Positions 1-13,360 of a DNA stretch of 64,000 bases are shown in pieces. The first letter of the stretch is position 1. Each line of letters opens with the position of its first letter. The stretch comes from the human T2T-CHM13v2.0 reference genome, Homo sapiens, in assembly GCF_009914755.1 (NCBI RefSeq), contig NC_060947.1. One strand, written 5' to 3'. The notes beneath the pieces were generated by a model. The model made no database searches. It was not told the origin of the DNA and saw only the letters and a program-made list of their open reading frames with translations. A program made the position numbers and the translations under genes.

Positions 1-2591
1 GACAATACTCTTTTAAGCACTCCTTTTTAGTTATCCCCACCTGCCCAGTTCCCTTATTAGGCCGAGACACTTTAACTAAATTATCTGCTTCCCTGACTAT
101 TCCTGGGCTACAGCCACACCTCATTGCCACCTTTTCCCCTAGCTCAAAGCCTCCTTCACATCCTCCCCTTGTATCTCCCCACCTTAACCCACAAGTATAA
201 GACACCTCTACTCCCTCCTTAGCGACCGATCATGCACCCCTTACCATCCCATTAAAACCTCATCACTCTTACCCCGCTCAATGCCAATATCCCATCCCAC
301 AGCATGCTTTGAAAGGACTAAAGCCTGTTATCACTCGCCTGCTACAGCATGGCCTTTTAAAGCCTATAAACGCTCCTTACCATTCCCCCATTTTACCTGT
401 CCTAAAACCAGACAAGGCTTACAGGTTAGTTCAGAATCTGCGCCTTATCAACCAAATTGTTTTGCCTATCCACCCCGTGGTGCCAAACCTATATACTCTC
501 CTCAATGCCTCCCTCTACAACCCATTATTCTGTTCTGGATCTCAAACGTGCTTTCTTTACTATTCCTTTGTACCCTTCATCCCAGCCTCTCTTCGCTTTC
601 GCTTAGACTGACCCTGACACCCATTAGGCTCAGGAAATTACCTGGGCTGTACTGCCGCAAGGCTTCACAGGCAGCCCCCATTACTTCAGTCAAGCCCAAA
701 TTTCATCCTCGTCTGTTACCTATCTTGGCATAATTTTCATAAAAACACACGTGCTCTCCCTGCTGATCGTGTCCGATTAATCTCCCAAACCTCAATCCCT
801 TACAAAACAACAACTCCTTTCCTTCCTAGGCATGGTTAGTGTGGTCAGAATTCTTACACAAGAGCCAGGACCGCACCCTGTAGCCTTTCTGTCCAGACAA
901 CTTGACCTTACTGTTTTAGCCTAGCCCTCATGTCTGTGGGCAGCGGCTGCCGCTGCTTTAATACTTTTAGAGGTCCTAAAAATCAAACTATGCTCAACTC
1001 ACTCTCTACATTTCTCATAACTTCCAAAATCTATTTTCTTCCTCATACCTGATGCATATACTTTCTGCTCCCCGGCTCCTTCAGCTGTACTCACTCTTTG
1101 TTAAGTCCCACAATTACCATTGTTCCTGGCCCAGACTTCAATCCGGCCTCCCACATTATTCCTGATACCACACCTGACCCCCATGACTGTATCTCTCTGA
1201 TCCACCTGACATTCACCCCATTTCCCCATATTTCCTTCTTTCCTGTTCCTCCCCCGATCACGCTTGATTTATTGATGGCAGTTCCACCAGGCCTAATCGC
1301 CACACACCAGCAAAGGCAGGCTATGCTATAGTACAAGCCACTAGCCTGCCTCTTAGAATCTCTCCTCATTTTCTTTCCATTGTGGAAATCTATCATCAAG
1401 GAAATAACTTCTCAGTGTTCCGTCTGCTATTCTACTACTCCTCAGGGATTATTCAGGCCCCCTCCCTTCCCTACACATTAAGCTCGAGGATTTGCCCCCA
1501 CCCAGGACTGGCAAATTAGCTTTACTCAACATGCCCCGAGTCAGATAACTAAAATACCTCTTAGTCTAGGTAGACACTTTCACTGGATAGGTACAGGCCT
1601 TTCCTACAGGGTCTGAGAAGGCCACCGCAGTCATTTCTTCCCTTCTGTCAGACATAATTCCTCAGTTTAGCCTTCCCACCTCTATACAGTCTGATAACAG
1701 ACCAGCCTTTATTAGTCAAATCAGCCAAGCAGTTTTTCAGGCTCTTAGTATTCAAGGAAACCTTTATGTCCCTTACGGTCCTCCGTCTTCAGGAAAAGTA
1801 GAACGGACTAAAGGTCTTTTAAAAACACACCTCACCAAGCTCAGCCACCAGCTTAAAAAGGACTGGACAATACTTTTACCACTTTTCCTTCTCAGAAGTC
1901 AGACCTGTGCTCAGAATGCTACAGGGTACAGCCCATTTGAGCTCCTGTATAGACGCTCCTTTTTATTAGGCCCCAGTCTCATTCCAGACACCAGACCAAC
2001 TTAGACTGTGCCCCCAAAAAACTTGTCATCCCTACTATCTTCTGTCTAGTCATACTCCTATTCACCGTTCTCAACTACTCATACATGCCCTGCTCTTGTT
2101 TACACTGCCGGTTTACACTGTTTCTCCAAGACATCACAGCTGATATCTCCTGGTGCTATCCCCAAACTGCCACTCTAAACTCTTGAAGTAAATAAATAAT
2201 CTTTACTGGCAAGGCTATGCTGAACCTCCTTAGGCACTCTCTAATTAGATGTCCTAGGTCCTCCCAATTCTTAGTCCTTTAATACCTGTTTTCTCCTTCT
2301 CTTATTCCGTTTAGTTTTTCAATTCATACAAAACTGTATCCAGGCCATCACCAATAATTCTAAATGACAAATGTTTCTTCTAACAACCCCACAATATCAC
2401 CCCTTACCACAAAAACTTCCTTCAGCTTAATCTCTCCCACTCTAGGTTCCCACGCCGCCCCTAATCCCGCTCGAAGCAGCCCTGAGAAACATCGTCCATT
2501 ATCTCTCCACACCACCCCCCAAAATTTTCACCGTCCCAACACTTTACCACTATTTCGTTTTATTTTTCTTATTAATATAAGAAGACAGGAA
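1..2591 (+). mobile_element. HERV-H internal region (3' part; decayed pol, env largely deleted), 5' end outside window
   Basis: C-rich/G-poor HERV-H-like sequence; RT remnant at 309-611; polypurine tract AAGAAGACAGGAA immediately before the LTR. Confidence 0.93.
309..611 (+). pseudogene. HERV-H reverse transcriptase fragment (disrupted)
   Basis: Translation [47 protein letters not shown] matches gammaretroviral RT N-terminal motifs (P.NTP.LPV.K..YRLVQDLR); frame lost after ~500. Confidence 0.85.
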
Positions 2592-3004
2592 TGTCAGGCC
2601 TCTGAGCTCAAGCTAAGCCATCATATCCCCTGTGACCTGCACGTACACATCCAGATGGCCGGTTCCTGCCTTAACTGATGACATTCCACCACGAAAGAAG
2701 TGAAAATGACCTGTTCGTGCCTTAACTGATGACATTGTCTTGTGAAATTCCTTCTCCTGGCTCATCCTGGCTCAAAAGCTCCCCGACTGAGTACATTGTG
2801 ACCCCCACTCCTGCCCGCCAGAGAACAGCCCCCTTTGACTGTAATTTTCCTTTATCTACCCAAATCCTATAAAACAGCCCCACCTTTATCTCCCTTGGCT
2901 GACTCTCTTTTCGGACTCAGCCCGCCTGCACCCAGGTGAAATAAACAGCCTTGTTGCTAACACAAAGCCTGTTTGGTGGTCTCTTCACACGGATGTGCAT
3001 GAAA
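2592..3004 (+). mobile_element. LTR7 (HERV-H 3' LTR)
   Basis: Begins TGTCAGGCCTCTGAG and ends CACACGGATGTGCATGAAA; repeated GCCTTAACTGATGACATT blocks, TATAAAA ~2868, AATAAA ~2940. Confidence 0.95.
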
Positions 3005-3658
3005 CCAATGAAAAAAAGACCAAAACAACAACCAAAACAGAAACAAAGAACAACAAAAAACAGCTAAGCAAAGCAAACAATGCCACAATTTATAGGTTGG
3101 TGCAAAAGTAATTGTGCTTTTTGCCATTAAAAAGAATGCAAAACCGCAATTACTTTTGCACCAACCTAATATATGCTTACCAAGCGCTCTAATGGTAAGG
3201 ATAAATTAAAACCAGCTGATTGTTAATTTTAACTTTAGCCAAGACAAAAGCCCAATTCAGCTACTTACCTAGGAATGGGGCTCAGGCTGAACACTGCTCT
3301 CTACCATCTTTGAAGCAGGAAAAAACTCAAACTCGCCTTCCCTGTTGGAAGTGAGCTGAAATTCCAGAAAGGAGTTACCTGCACTCTTCATCATGGAAGC
3401 AGGAAAACTTGCCTTCCTTTTTGGGAGCAAGTGAAACTCCAGAAAAGGAGTTATACAGCAAAATAAACTTTAGATCTCAACCAAATTTGGAGAGATCAGG
3501 GATTCTCTTGGTCGGGGGTGGGGGTGTCTCCCAGGCCTCAGCCAATTGTCCTACTGGCTTGAGCCATAAAGATAGCTCAAGCTGGTACCAAGCACCAATA
3601 GTAGATTTGTCAAAGGTCAGGGGTACCTCCACTCAGAATCCCTTCATGGTTACCAATT
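3005..3658 (-). mobile_element. MER4-group ERV internal (leader) region
   Basis: Directly follows the MER4 LTR on the - strand and starts with a tRNA primer-binding site (3638-3655). Confidence 0.7.
3093..3169. mobile_element. MADE1 (Hsmar1-derived MITE)
   Basis: Palindromic TAGGTTGGTGCAAAAGTAATTG...CAATTACTTTTGCACCAACCTAA. Confidence 0.93.
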
Positions 3659-4290
3659 TGTGAATCCAAAATATCTGAGACAGGCCTCAGTCAATTTAGA
3701 AAGTTTATTTTGCCAAGGTTAAGGATGCACCCATGACACAGCCTCAAGAGGTCCTGGCTACATGGGCCCAAGGTGGTCGGAGCACAGCTTGGTTCTACAC
3801 ATTTTAGGGAGACGTGAGACATCAATCAACATGTGTAAGATGTACATTGGTTCCGTCCAGACAGGCAGGACAACTCGAATCAGGGGAGGGGGCTTCCAGA
3901 TCACAGGTAGATAAGAGACATTTGTTGCATTCTATTGGGTCTCTGATTAGCCTTTCACTGAATATACAATTCACATGGGAGAGGAGGGTGGAGGAATAGT
4001 CACTTATGCCTGGTCTGCCTTGGTGAAACGACAGGGCAGAGGAAGCAATCAGATATGCATTTGTCTCACATGAGCCTCAGAGGGATGACTTTGAGCTCTG
4101 TCTGTCCTTTGTCCACGAGGAATTTCCTTGTGGGCAAATTGTGAGGGAGGTATGTCTTTTTTTTTTTTTTATCTCTGTAGCTGTCTTATTTAGGAATAAA
4201 ATGGGAGGCAGGTTTGCTTGACGCAGTTCCCAGCTTGACTTCCCTTTAGCTTAGTGATTTTGGGGTCCCAAGATTTATTTTCCTTTCACA
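3659..4290 (-). mobile_element. MER4A-type ERV1 LTR (5' LTR)
   Basis: Minus strand starts TGTGAAAGGAAAATAAATCTTGGGACCCCAAAATCACTAAGC (MER4A start) and ends ...GGATTCACA. Confidence 0.85.
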
Positions 4291-5001
4291 ACTCCCATCT
4301 GATATATTTAAGGGGGAATTCTTTTGTGCCTACAGCATTGTTAGTGGAATGTGGAGCGACAGCAAGGGATGGGCCTAGCTGGAATTTACCACCAGGGGGC
4401 TTGGACTCTTTCTCATGCGTCAACACCAATCACTGCCAATAGGGGGCAGCAACAATTTGCCTACAGCCTTTAGGCTTTGGTTTTAGACTCAAGGAGCTCA
4501 GGGTGTGGAATCTCCATTGTTTTTCCTCTGAAACTTGGCTTCTTATCTGCCTGCGGACTCAAATCCTCCTCCTGCCAATACTACAACAGCCACAGAACAA
4601 ATGCATTGAAACTGAGAGAACTGGTAAGAGGCTAGATCTAGTGTAAATCAGAGAATGGGCCTCATAAAAGGAGCAGTTTGGAGGAACCTAATCCTTCACA
4701 GTTTGTCTAGCAATTTCTAGGTTCAATCAATTGAGGGCTTAACTGGTAAACTCAAGTGGAAATTTTTTATTGGCTCCTGGTGATGTCACTCCTGGTGAGT
4801 GTGGGAGAACTGGTTTTCTAGGTGTGGGGATTCTTTATTCTCTGAAACACCCACTAGGAAACGCCCTGAGGCCTTTTCACCTTCTGTGGTGTCAGGACCT
4901 CTCATGTAACTGGATACAGTGCTTTTCCCAAACAGACTATACACAACAGAAACTCAAAAAATAGAAACGCTAAGTGGGAATAAGGGAAATAAACTACAAG
5001 A

Positions 5002-5190
5002 GTAGTGGTTCTCGACCTTGGCTGCACATGGGAATCACCTGGGAGCTTCAATCCGCAAGGACCAATGCCAGGGACCCCCCTACCCCCTGCCCCCGAGATT
5101 TGGATTAACTGGTCTGCATGCAACCAGGGCAGCTGGCGTTTTGAAAGGTCCCCAGGTGGTTCCCATGTACAGCCAAACTGAGAACCATTG
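5002..5190. mobile_element. MER5-family hAT-Charlie MITE
   Basis: AGTGGTTCTC...TGAGAACCATTG termini; internal GAATCACCTGGGAGCTT. Confidence 0.75.
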
Positions 5191-6019
5191 TCAGATGTGC
5201 AGTCTTTGCTCCTGGGTCAATTAATTCCTCACGCCCACTAACTACTTTAGATGTCTTATGCTTTGAGCACATTTAAAATAAAACCCAAAACTTAATAAAA
5301 CAAAGTTAGTACACAGAGAAATAGGAACCTGATTAAAATAGAACATGAAGTCAAGTCAGTTTGGTTTTGTTTTAAATCTCCAATTGCCACCATTAATTCT
5401 GCTCCCAAAGGTCAATAATGCTAGCCTGCTATTTGCTTTGTTCACTTCTGAATGAAGCACTTGTGTTTGCTGACCTTCAAACACTTCCAGGTTGTCTAAG
5501 AGGAAGCCATGTGGCACTTTGACTTTTGTGTGACCTGGCAATTTGTTTACATCAAATCCCTTTTAACCCTCTGCAGTTGACAGTGGAGAATTCAGTATTT
5601 TCATATGCTGCCTAACCTCTAGGGTGGAAGGCTTTAAACTTGATTTAGGTCAAGTTGGCAGTGACCCAGGTGAGCCCCCAGGAAACTGCACTTCCACAGC
5701 CAAAACGTGGCCATCCACCAACTTAGGCATGACAGTTACAGTTTTGAACCTGCTATTAAGTCCCACAATTCTCTTGGTTAGTTAGAGTAATCAAACCTGT
5801 CAAGGGTAGGCAGAACTGGAGGAGTGAAGAATGGTTTTGAGGGTACAGTGGAAAAATCAACTTTGGAGTATGACAAGCCAGCCTCAACACTCAGTCACTC
5901 TTACCAGCTGTGAGATCTTAGGTGGGTTTATCACTGGCTGTGAGCTTGACTTGCCTATCTATACTATAAAGGAATAAAAGCCCCTTCAGGTGGTTTTTCT
6001 TAAATAAATGGAATAGACC

Positions 6020-6175
6020 TGTCATGTGCTGGTAAATGTTTAACAACTGGTTCTCAAGGTGGTGGGGGCAGCCCTGATTTGGAGTATTTCCATGGTGTAA
6101 ATACTGTCACCATGGCAGATCTCAAGACACCAGTGTGACAGCTCTGAATGTGGAATTGGGAAGAGGTATGCGCCA
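6020..6175 (-). mobile_element. MER63-type hAT fragment
   Basis: GTGCTGGTAAATGTTTAACAAC terminus, GGTGTAAATACT, GGGAAGAG blocks. Confidence 0.65.
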
Positions 6176-6444
6176 TCTGGGATAAACCATCTCCTAGTAC
6201 CTACCTAGAATGCAGCAGACACTCAGGATGTTATCCCCTGCCCTTCCCCCTCATAGGAACATCTATGCTGACAGAGACCTTTGCCATTATTAAAGCATTT
6301 TTACAAACACTATCTCATTACATTCTCAGGTGAGATGGGCAGGGCGGGTCTTATTTCTACTTTTTACAGACAAGAAGCCTCAGGCTCAGAGAGACTGGAC
6401 AAAATTGCTCAGGGGCACACAGCAAGTAATCTACAAAATGAGCA

Positions 6445-6940
6445 TAGCAGGCAGAGTAGCAGCCCCAAAACATGTCTGCATCCTAATCCCTGGAACCTAT
6501 GAATATTTGGTTACATGGCAAAAGGGAATTTTGACTGCAGACGGATTTAATATTGCTAGTCAGGTGACCTCCAAGTAGGGAGATCATCCTAGATTATCCG
6601 GGTGGGCCTAGTGTAGTGACAAGGGCCCTTAAAAGTGAAGGAGGGCAGCTCAAGAGGAGAGTCAGGGGGAAATGTGACTATGCAGGACTGGTCAGAGAGA
6701 TGTGACATTGCCAGCTTTGAAGATGGAGGAAGCAAGGAATCTAGAAGGCCTCTAGAAGCTGGAAAGGCAGGGAAGCAGCTTCTCCCCCAGAACCTCCATG
6801 AAAAGATGTAGCCTACCAGGTACGTTGATTTTGGCCCAGTGAGACTTCTGACCTCCAGAACTTTAAGATGATCAATTTGTGTTGTTTAAGCTGCTGGATC
6901 TGTGGTCCTTTGCTACTACAGGGATAGGAAATGAATTCAA
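6445..6940 (+). mobile_element. MLT1 (MaLR) LTR, MLT1D-like
   Basis: CCTAATCCCTGGAACCT, GATTATCCGGGTGGGCC, CCTCTAGAAGCTGGAAAGGC, CTGACCTCCAGAACT motifs. Confidence 0.8.
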
Positions 6941-7986
6941 CGGGACTGGCAATCAGATCTCCTTATCCCTCAAATCTCAGCTCAAATTTCACCTCTTGAG
7001 GGAGCCATGTTTTTCCTGCCTTTTCTAGGCCTCTGGTTTTACCCGAGTTCTGATAATATCTGGCTTTAGGCACTCACCAGATGGTTGTGAATCTTTGCAT
7101 ACTTGCTGGTTTTCTCCCTAATCCCCAAGTGGCAAGAATATTCTTTTCACTTTGCATCACTTTCCACTAGCACAGCTCCTTCCCCAAGACCACAGCATAA
7201 TAACTGCATTCAGAATGTGTGAGTGTGAAAATAGATGAATGAATGAATGGGAGCTGACATTAACAATAGTACTGCACCCCAGCACCACCAGGAATCACGA
7301 TGCTGAGCTGTCACTGTTGCAGAACAATTAAAAGCATCTCCTGCTAGTATCCTGAGCTACCTACCCCCTTCCTGCAGGAAAGACTTCCCGTCTTCCCACT
7401 GGCTCACAGAAGTGGCCTTTTCCTCCGGAAACCAGCGTGCATCTGTTAGCATCTTTTGTCTTTTGTGGGAAAGGGAGGATTCTGGCTCCAGACTGAAGAG
7501 GGACAGGCATGGTGTGTGGGTTCACAGAGCCCCAGACTCCAGACTCTGATGCCAGCATCTTTGTCTCAGCAAAGGTCATAATTGGATTTGGATGTTTAAG
7601 GCAGTCACTGATTTACTGTTCTCATTTTTCAAGTGTGAGAAATACTAACTCTGTGCTTTGCTTACTTCTAAAGGAACAAAGGCAGTATGAGCAGCCTTTA
7701 AATACTGCCACATAATACACTGAGAGCAGACATGACCACGTGCTACAAAGAGTCAGGGCTACGTAGGAAAGTTCACATCGGCGTGGGAAGTGAAAGTAAG
7801 CCACGTCACCGTTTCTGTCACGTGACAGCTGTGGGGTGTGGAGCAACTCACTGAGCCTCTTTCCTGGTGTGTAAGATGGGGATAATGATAGCTCCCATTC
7901 ACTGACCGCTTCCAAAGTGCCTGACCCTGTTCTAAGCCTTCACTGTCATCCTGATTTTATAGTTAGACAGTTTGTCAGTGTCAGAA

Positions 7987-8140
7987 GCAGAACTGGCTAC
8001 ATAGTTTGCAAGTCCAGTGCCCTGGTTCAAAAATGATTAAGAATTTCAAGATGGTGGTAGCAGAGCAAAAAACCAAGCCCGGAGCCCTCCTTAGTGTGGC
8101 TCTTATGTGACTGCACAGGCTGCACACCCTGGGCAGAATT
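7987..8140 (-). mobile_element. MER45A hAT-Tip100 MITE
   Basis: TAAGAATTTCAAGATGG...GACTGCACAGG matches reverse of MER45A. Confidence 0.7.
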
Positions 8141-9566
8141 AGTATACAAATCCTGCAGCCTGACTCCAGAACCTTCCATCTTAACATCTATGCCACAAGA
8201 GCTGTCTCCTAAGGTGGCCGTGAGGTTGGAAATGAGACTAAGGCATTCCTGGCAGAGGGCACAGTGTGAATGATCTGGAAATACAGGCGTGGACAGGAAG
8301 ATGAGGAAGGAATGATAAACTCTCATGGCTAAAGCTTTGGTGAGCTGAAGGAAACAGAAGTGTGCTGGTAGGCAGTACTGGCTGCAAACTGTGCCCTCCC
8401 TGAAGGCCAACTATAAAGTGCAAGGCCCTTGTACTTTATAGGCGACTGGTGTTGAGGATCGCTGGAAGGTTTAGAAGCAGGGGGTAGCATGGACGCAGGC
8501 AGAGAACTGCCCCTAGGGGGAAGTGTGGAGCAGAGCAGACTGGGGCCTGGGCACCCGCTAGAGGAGGCCATTACAACCACACTCTAGGGATCTCATAGTG
8601 AGAGGCTCAGGGAGTAGAGGAAGGAAACAGGGAAAACTGAAGGTCTTCAAGGTAAGTAGAAATTATAGCTTTGGAATACGATCTGGAAACAGGAAACTGG
8701 GGGAAAGGAAAAGCTTCTGATGCCTGCTGGCCTGGCCTTCTGTTTGAGCGCCATCAGGCCCGTATGGAGTATCATGATGTACACAGACTGCCTTTGCACC
8801 CATAGAAAACAGGGTACATCTCTTCAGGAAGTAGAAACTCTTTGAGCAAAAGAAATCGATTTAACTTCCTAAAAACAACAGCTGTTACTGGCTATAAACT
8901 CAGTCATTTCTCAATTTGGGTTTTTCCCCCAAAATATTCCCTTCCAATTTTCAGAGGCATAATCAGTTCTGTGATTATGTTGCTTGCACATAATTAGATC
9001 ACACAGTAATAATAATAACTGTAAACTCTGGAGGAAACAGAGTGCAATTAAAACCAGAAAGAAAAAAATCTCCCAAACCTCTCCCAGATTCTTCTCTCAA
9101 ACTTGGGAGTGGGGCACCTCAAGCCCAGTGAAGGAATCAACATATTTTACCCCAAAATATATTTCTTTGACATATTTTGAGATGGCTGTTCACAGGGCCC
9201 GCAAACAGAAGCAGCCCTACAAAACTGTCTCATGTGGCGAAGATTTGCATCTGCAGAGAAAAACTACGTTGATACAGCCAGGCTTTCTCTGAGGCTCTCT
9301 CTTGTCCATATCTAGGAAAAACTGAGAGTCTGATACCTTTAAAGGTCTGAAAGAAACATTTACTATCTATTCTGTCTGAGAGCGGCTACCTCTGAGATTT
9401 CTCCTATGTAACAAGAACGCCTTTGCCAGCCAGGCCTCCTCTTCTCCCCATGCCATAATCTCTTTGCCAAGATCCAAGCCTCCAGTCTTTCTGTAACCTC
9501 AAGGCTTCTGTACCCCACTGCGGGGATTGGTAATCACTCTATGGTTCTCCTCCATGTGCACAATAA

Positions 9567-9921
<355 letters not shown>

Positions 9922-10060
9922 TTAATGCTCTCTCTCAGCAGAGTCAAGAGGATTAGTTATCGGTGTGTTGGACATACTGAGTATAGGGGGTCTGTGGGAT
10001 ATGTAAGAAGAAATGACTACTGGGCTGTTGCATATGTGGTTCTTCATCTCATTTTGTTTT

Positions 10061-10489
10061 AGAGCCAGAGTCTCACTCTGTCACTTAGACTGGAGTTCAG
10101 TGGCGAGGCTTTTTTTTTTTTAGACAGGGTCTTAACTCTGTTGTTTAGGCTGGAGTGCAGTGGCACAATCATAGCTCACTGTAACCTTGAACTCCTGGGC
10201 TCAAGCAACCCTCCCACTTCAGCCTCCTGAGTAGCTGAGATGACAGGCACGTACCACCACTCCTGAATTTTTTAAAAAATGTTTTAGGCATGTACCACCA
10301 CAACTAAAAATTAGGCGTGTGCCACCACACCTAGTATTTAAAAAAATGTTTTCGTAGAGACGGTGATCTCGTTATGTTGCCCAGGCTGGTCTCAAACTCC
10401 TGGACCCATGTGATCCTCTGGCCTCAAGCGATCCTCCAGCCTCAGCCTCAGCCTCCCAAAGTGCTCAGATTATACCCAGTGTGCCCAGT
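10061..10489 (-). mobile_element. Rearranged AluJ plus extra Alu 3' fragment
   Basis: Old Alu with internal duplications around 10250-10350; second right-arm end at 10061-10109. Confidence 0.85.
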
Positions 10490-11072
10490 CTATTAATCTG
10501 CCTTTTTTGAGTTGATTTTTCAGTAAACCTTCAGAGGGCGAAGGGGAGGTTTTCCCTTGGCCCCTACCCTGGATTCAAATCCTAGCTCCCACTTCCCAAC
10601 AATGTGACTTTGGGCAAGTCAGGTAACCTGGTTCTCTTCTATAATGTGAGGGAACCATTCTAGCACTTACCTCAATCATACTGCATTACCTTGTTCTGAA
10701 GTTTAAATGAGAAATTCTTAGACTAGCCTTCAGCATGTAGTAAAGCAGGCCATAAATGTCAGATATTATCATAATCTCCAGATTTTCTACAGTGATTCTT
10801 GAATGACATTTAAGATCAGAAACATCCATGTAATTCTCATATTACTATCATTGTTATGTATTCTTTCTTTCCGAATGAAGAATGAAGGTACCATCCACTG
10901 ACACCACAGTCACGAGGTTGGGTCAAGCCTTATGACCACCCTAGAAGCCTAGACAGAAGGGTTCAAAGGCTCTTCCTCTCATATGGGCTAGTAATAAACA
11001 GGGTCTCTAACAGAATAGCGGAAACCTGAGTTGAGCATGTTCATGAGGGAGGGGAAGCTGACGCCCACATCA

Positions 11073-11445
<373 letters not shown>

Positions 11446-11619
11446 TCATGATTCAGGCGTCAAATCCTGCTGCCCCATATGGTTCTCACCACTCAACGAG
11501 TATTATTTACAGAGGGCCGTCGTTGCTATGTCCTGGAGATACAGAGACAAATAGGACCCAGGCCGACCACTGAGGAGATCCAACCTGATGGGGAAAGAAG
11601 ACAGAGAACACACAAGTGG

Positions 11620-11947
<328 letters not shown>

Positions 11948-12741
11948 TCACTGCAGAAGACCTTCCAAGGGGGTATTGGGGGGTGAGGACCACATTTTGC
12001 CTTAGGGTGACAAAGAAGGTTCACACAGTGGGCCACTTTCCGGGGTGTTGGTGATCTGAATCTTGATGGGGAGGGTGGTTACATGCGCGTACATGGTTGT
12101 CTAGCACTCATCGAGGTACATTCAAGATGAATTTTATGTCAATTAAACCTCAGTCAGGTTGATAGTAAAGAGTCTGAAACATCGTGTTAGCACTTAGTGG
12201 GCTCTTGGGAATTCTTGCAGAATGAGAACGTGAGGGGTATGGAGGGTGGGAGTACTGGCACTTTCTGCATCCCCAGGAGCTGGCTCCACATTGCTCCTGG
12301 CTCTGCATCCTGCTTTTGGGTGGCCACGGGGAGAAGACAGGGCTGAAGCCAGCCTCCACAGCGGAGGGTCCTCTAGCAAGGCCCAGCAGGGCCTCAGGGA
12401 GTTCAGAGGGAGGCTTGCTTTTGCTTGCTTGTCTCAACACAGGCCCACCTTGACTAAACACAGGCTTCTTGCTGGGCGGGCCAGCTCTGAGCCTTGCAGG
12501 CCACTTTATCACGTTGGTGGCTCCCATCTGTTCTTAGAGTCCACATTTCCACTGGGTTGAGCTCTCAGCCACCTCTGCCTAGGCTGCTCTCTTCTGAAAC
12601 TTTCTTCTTCCTCTGCCTCCCCTACTTCCCCTCACCCCTTCCTCACCCCTCCCATTCTCTCTCCCCTAGGGCAGAGGACCCAGCTGGAGCAGGGCTGACA
12701 GGAGCCCCTGAGAGGAGAACTTAGAGGCCTGAGACCCGTTG

Positions 12742-12744
<3 letters not shown>

Positions 12745-12774
<30 letters not shown>
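12745..12774. repeat. (TG)n microsatellite
   Basis: Direct reading. Confidence 0.95.
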
Positions 12775-12775
<1 letters not shown>

Positions 12776-12805
12776 TATGTTTGGGAGAATTTGGATAAAG
12801 AGACA

Positions 12806-13154
<349 letters not shown>

Positions 13155-13169
13155 CTAAGTTTTCCCCCT

Positions 13170-13360
13170 CAGGGTAGTCTTGTCAGATGAAATACAGGAT
13201 GCCCAGTTAAATTGGAATTTCACAGAAATAAAATAATTTCTATGGTCTCAAATATTGCATGGGACATATTCATACTAAAAAGCTATTTGTTATTTACCTG
13301 AAATTCCCATTTAAATTTGAGGGCGTCTTCCATTTTTATTGGCTAAATCTGGCCACCCTC
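13170..13360. mobile_element. MER53 palindromic MITE
   Basis: AAATACAGGATGCCCAGTTAAATT...ATATTGCATGGGACATA...AAATCTGGCCACCCT. Confidence 0.85.

Noticed and set aside
1-2591. Potentially coding HERV-H pol/env
   Set aside because: Only short fragments with frameshifts and stops; no long pol or env ORF in the track
9337-9346. CArG match CCTTTAAAGG
   Set aside because: Inside an old LTR far from the promoter with no supporting context; chance match likely
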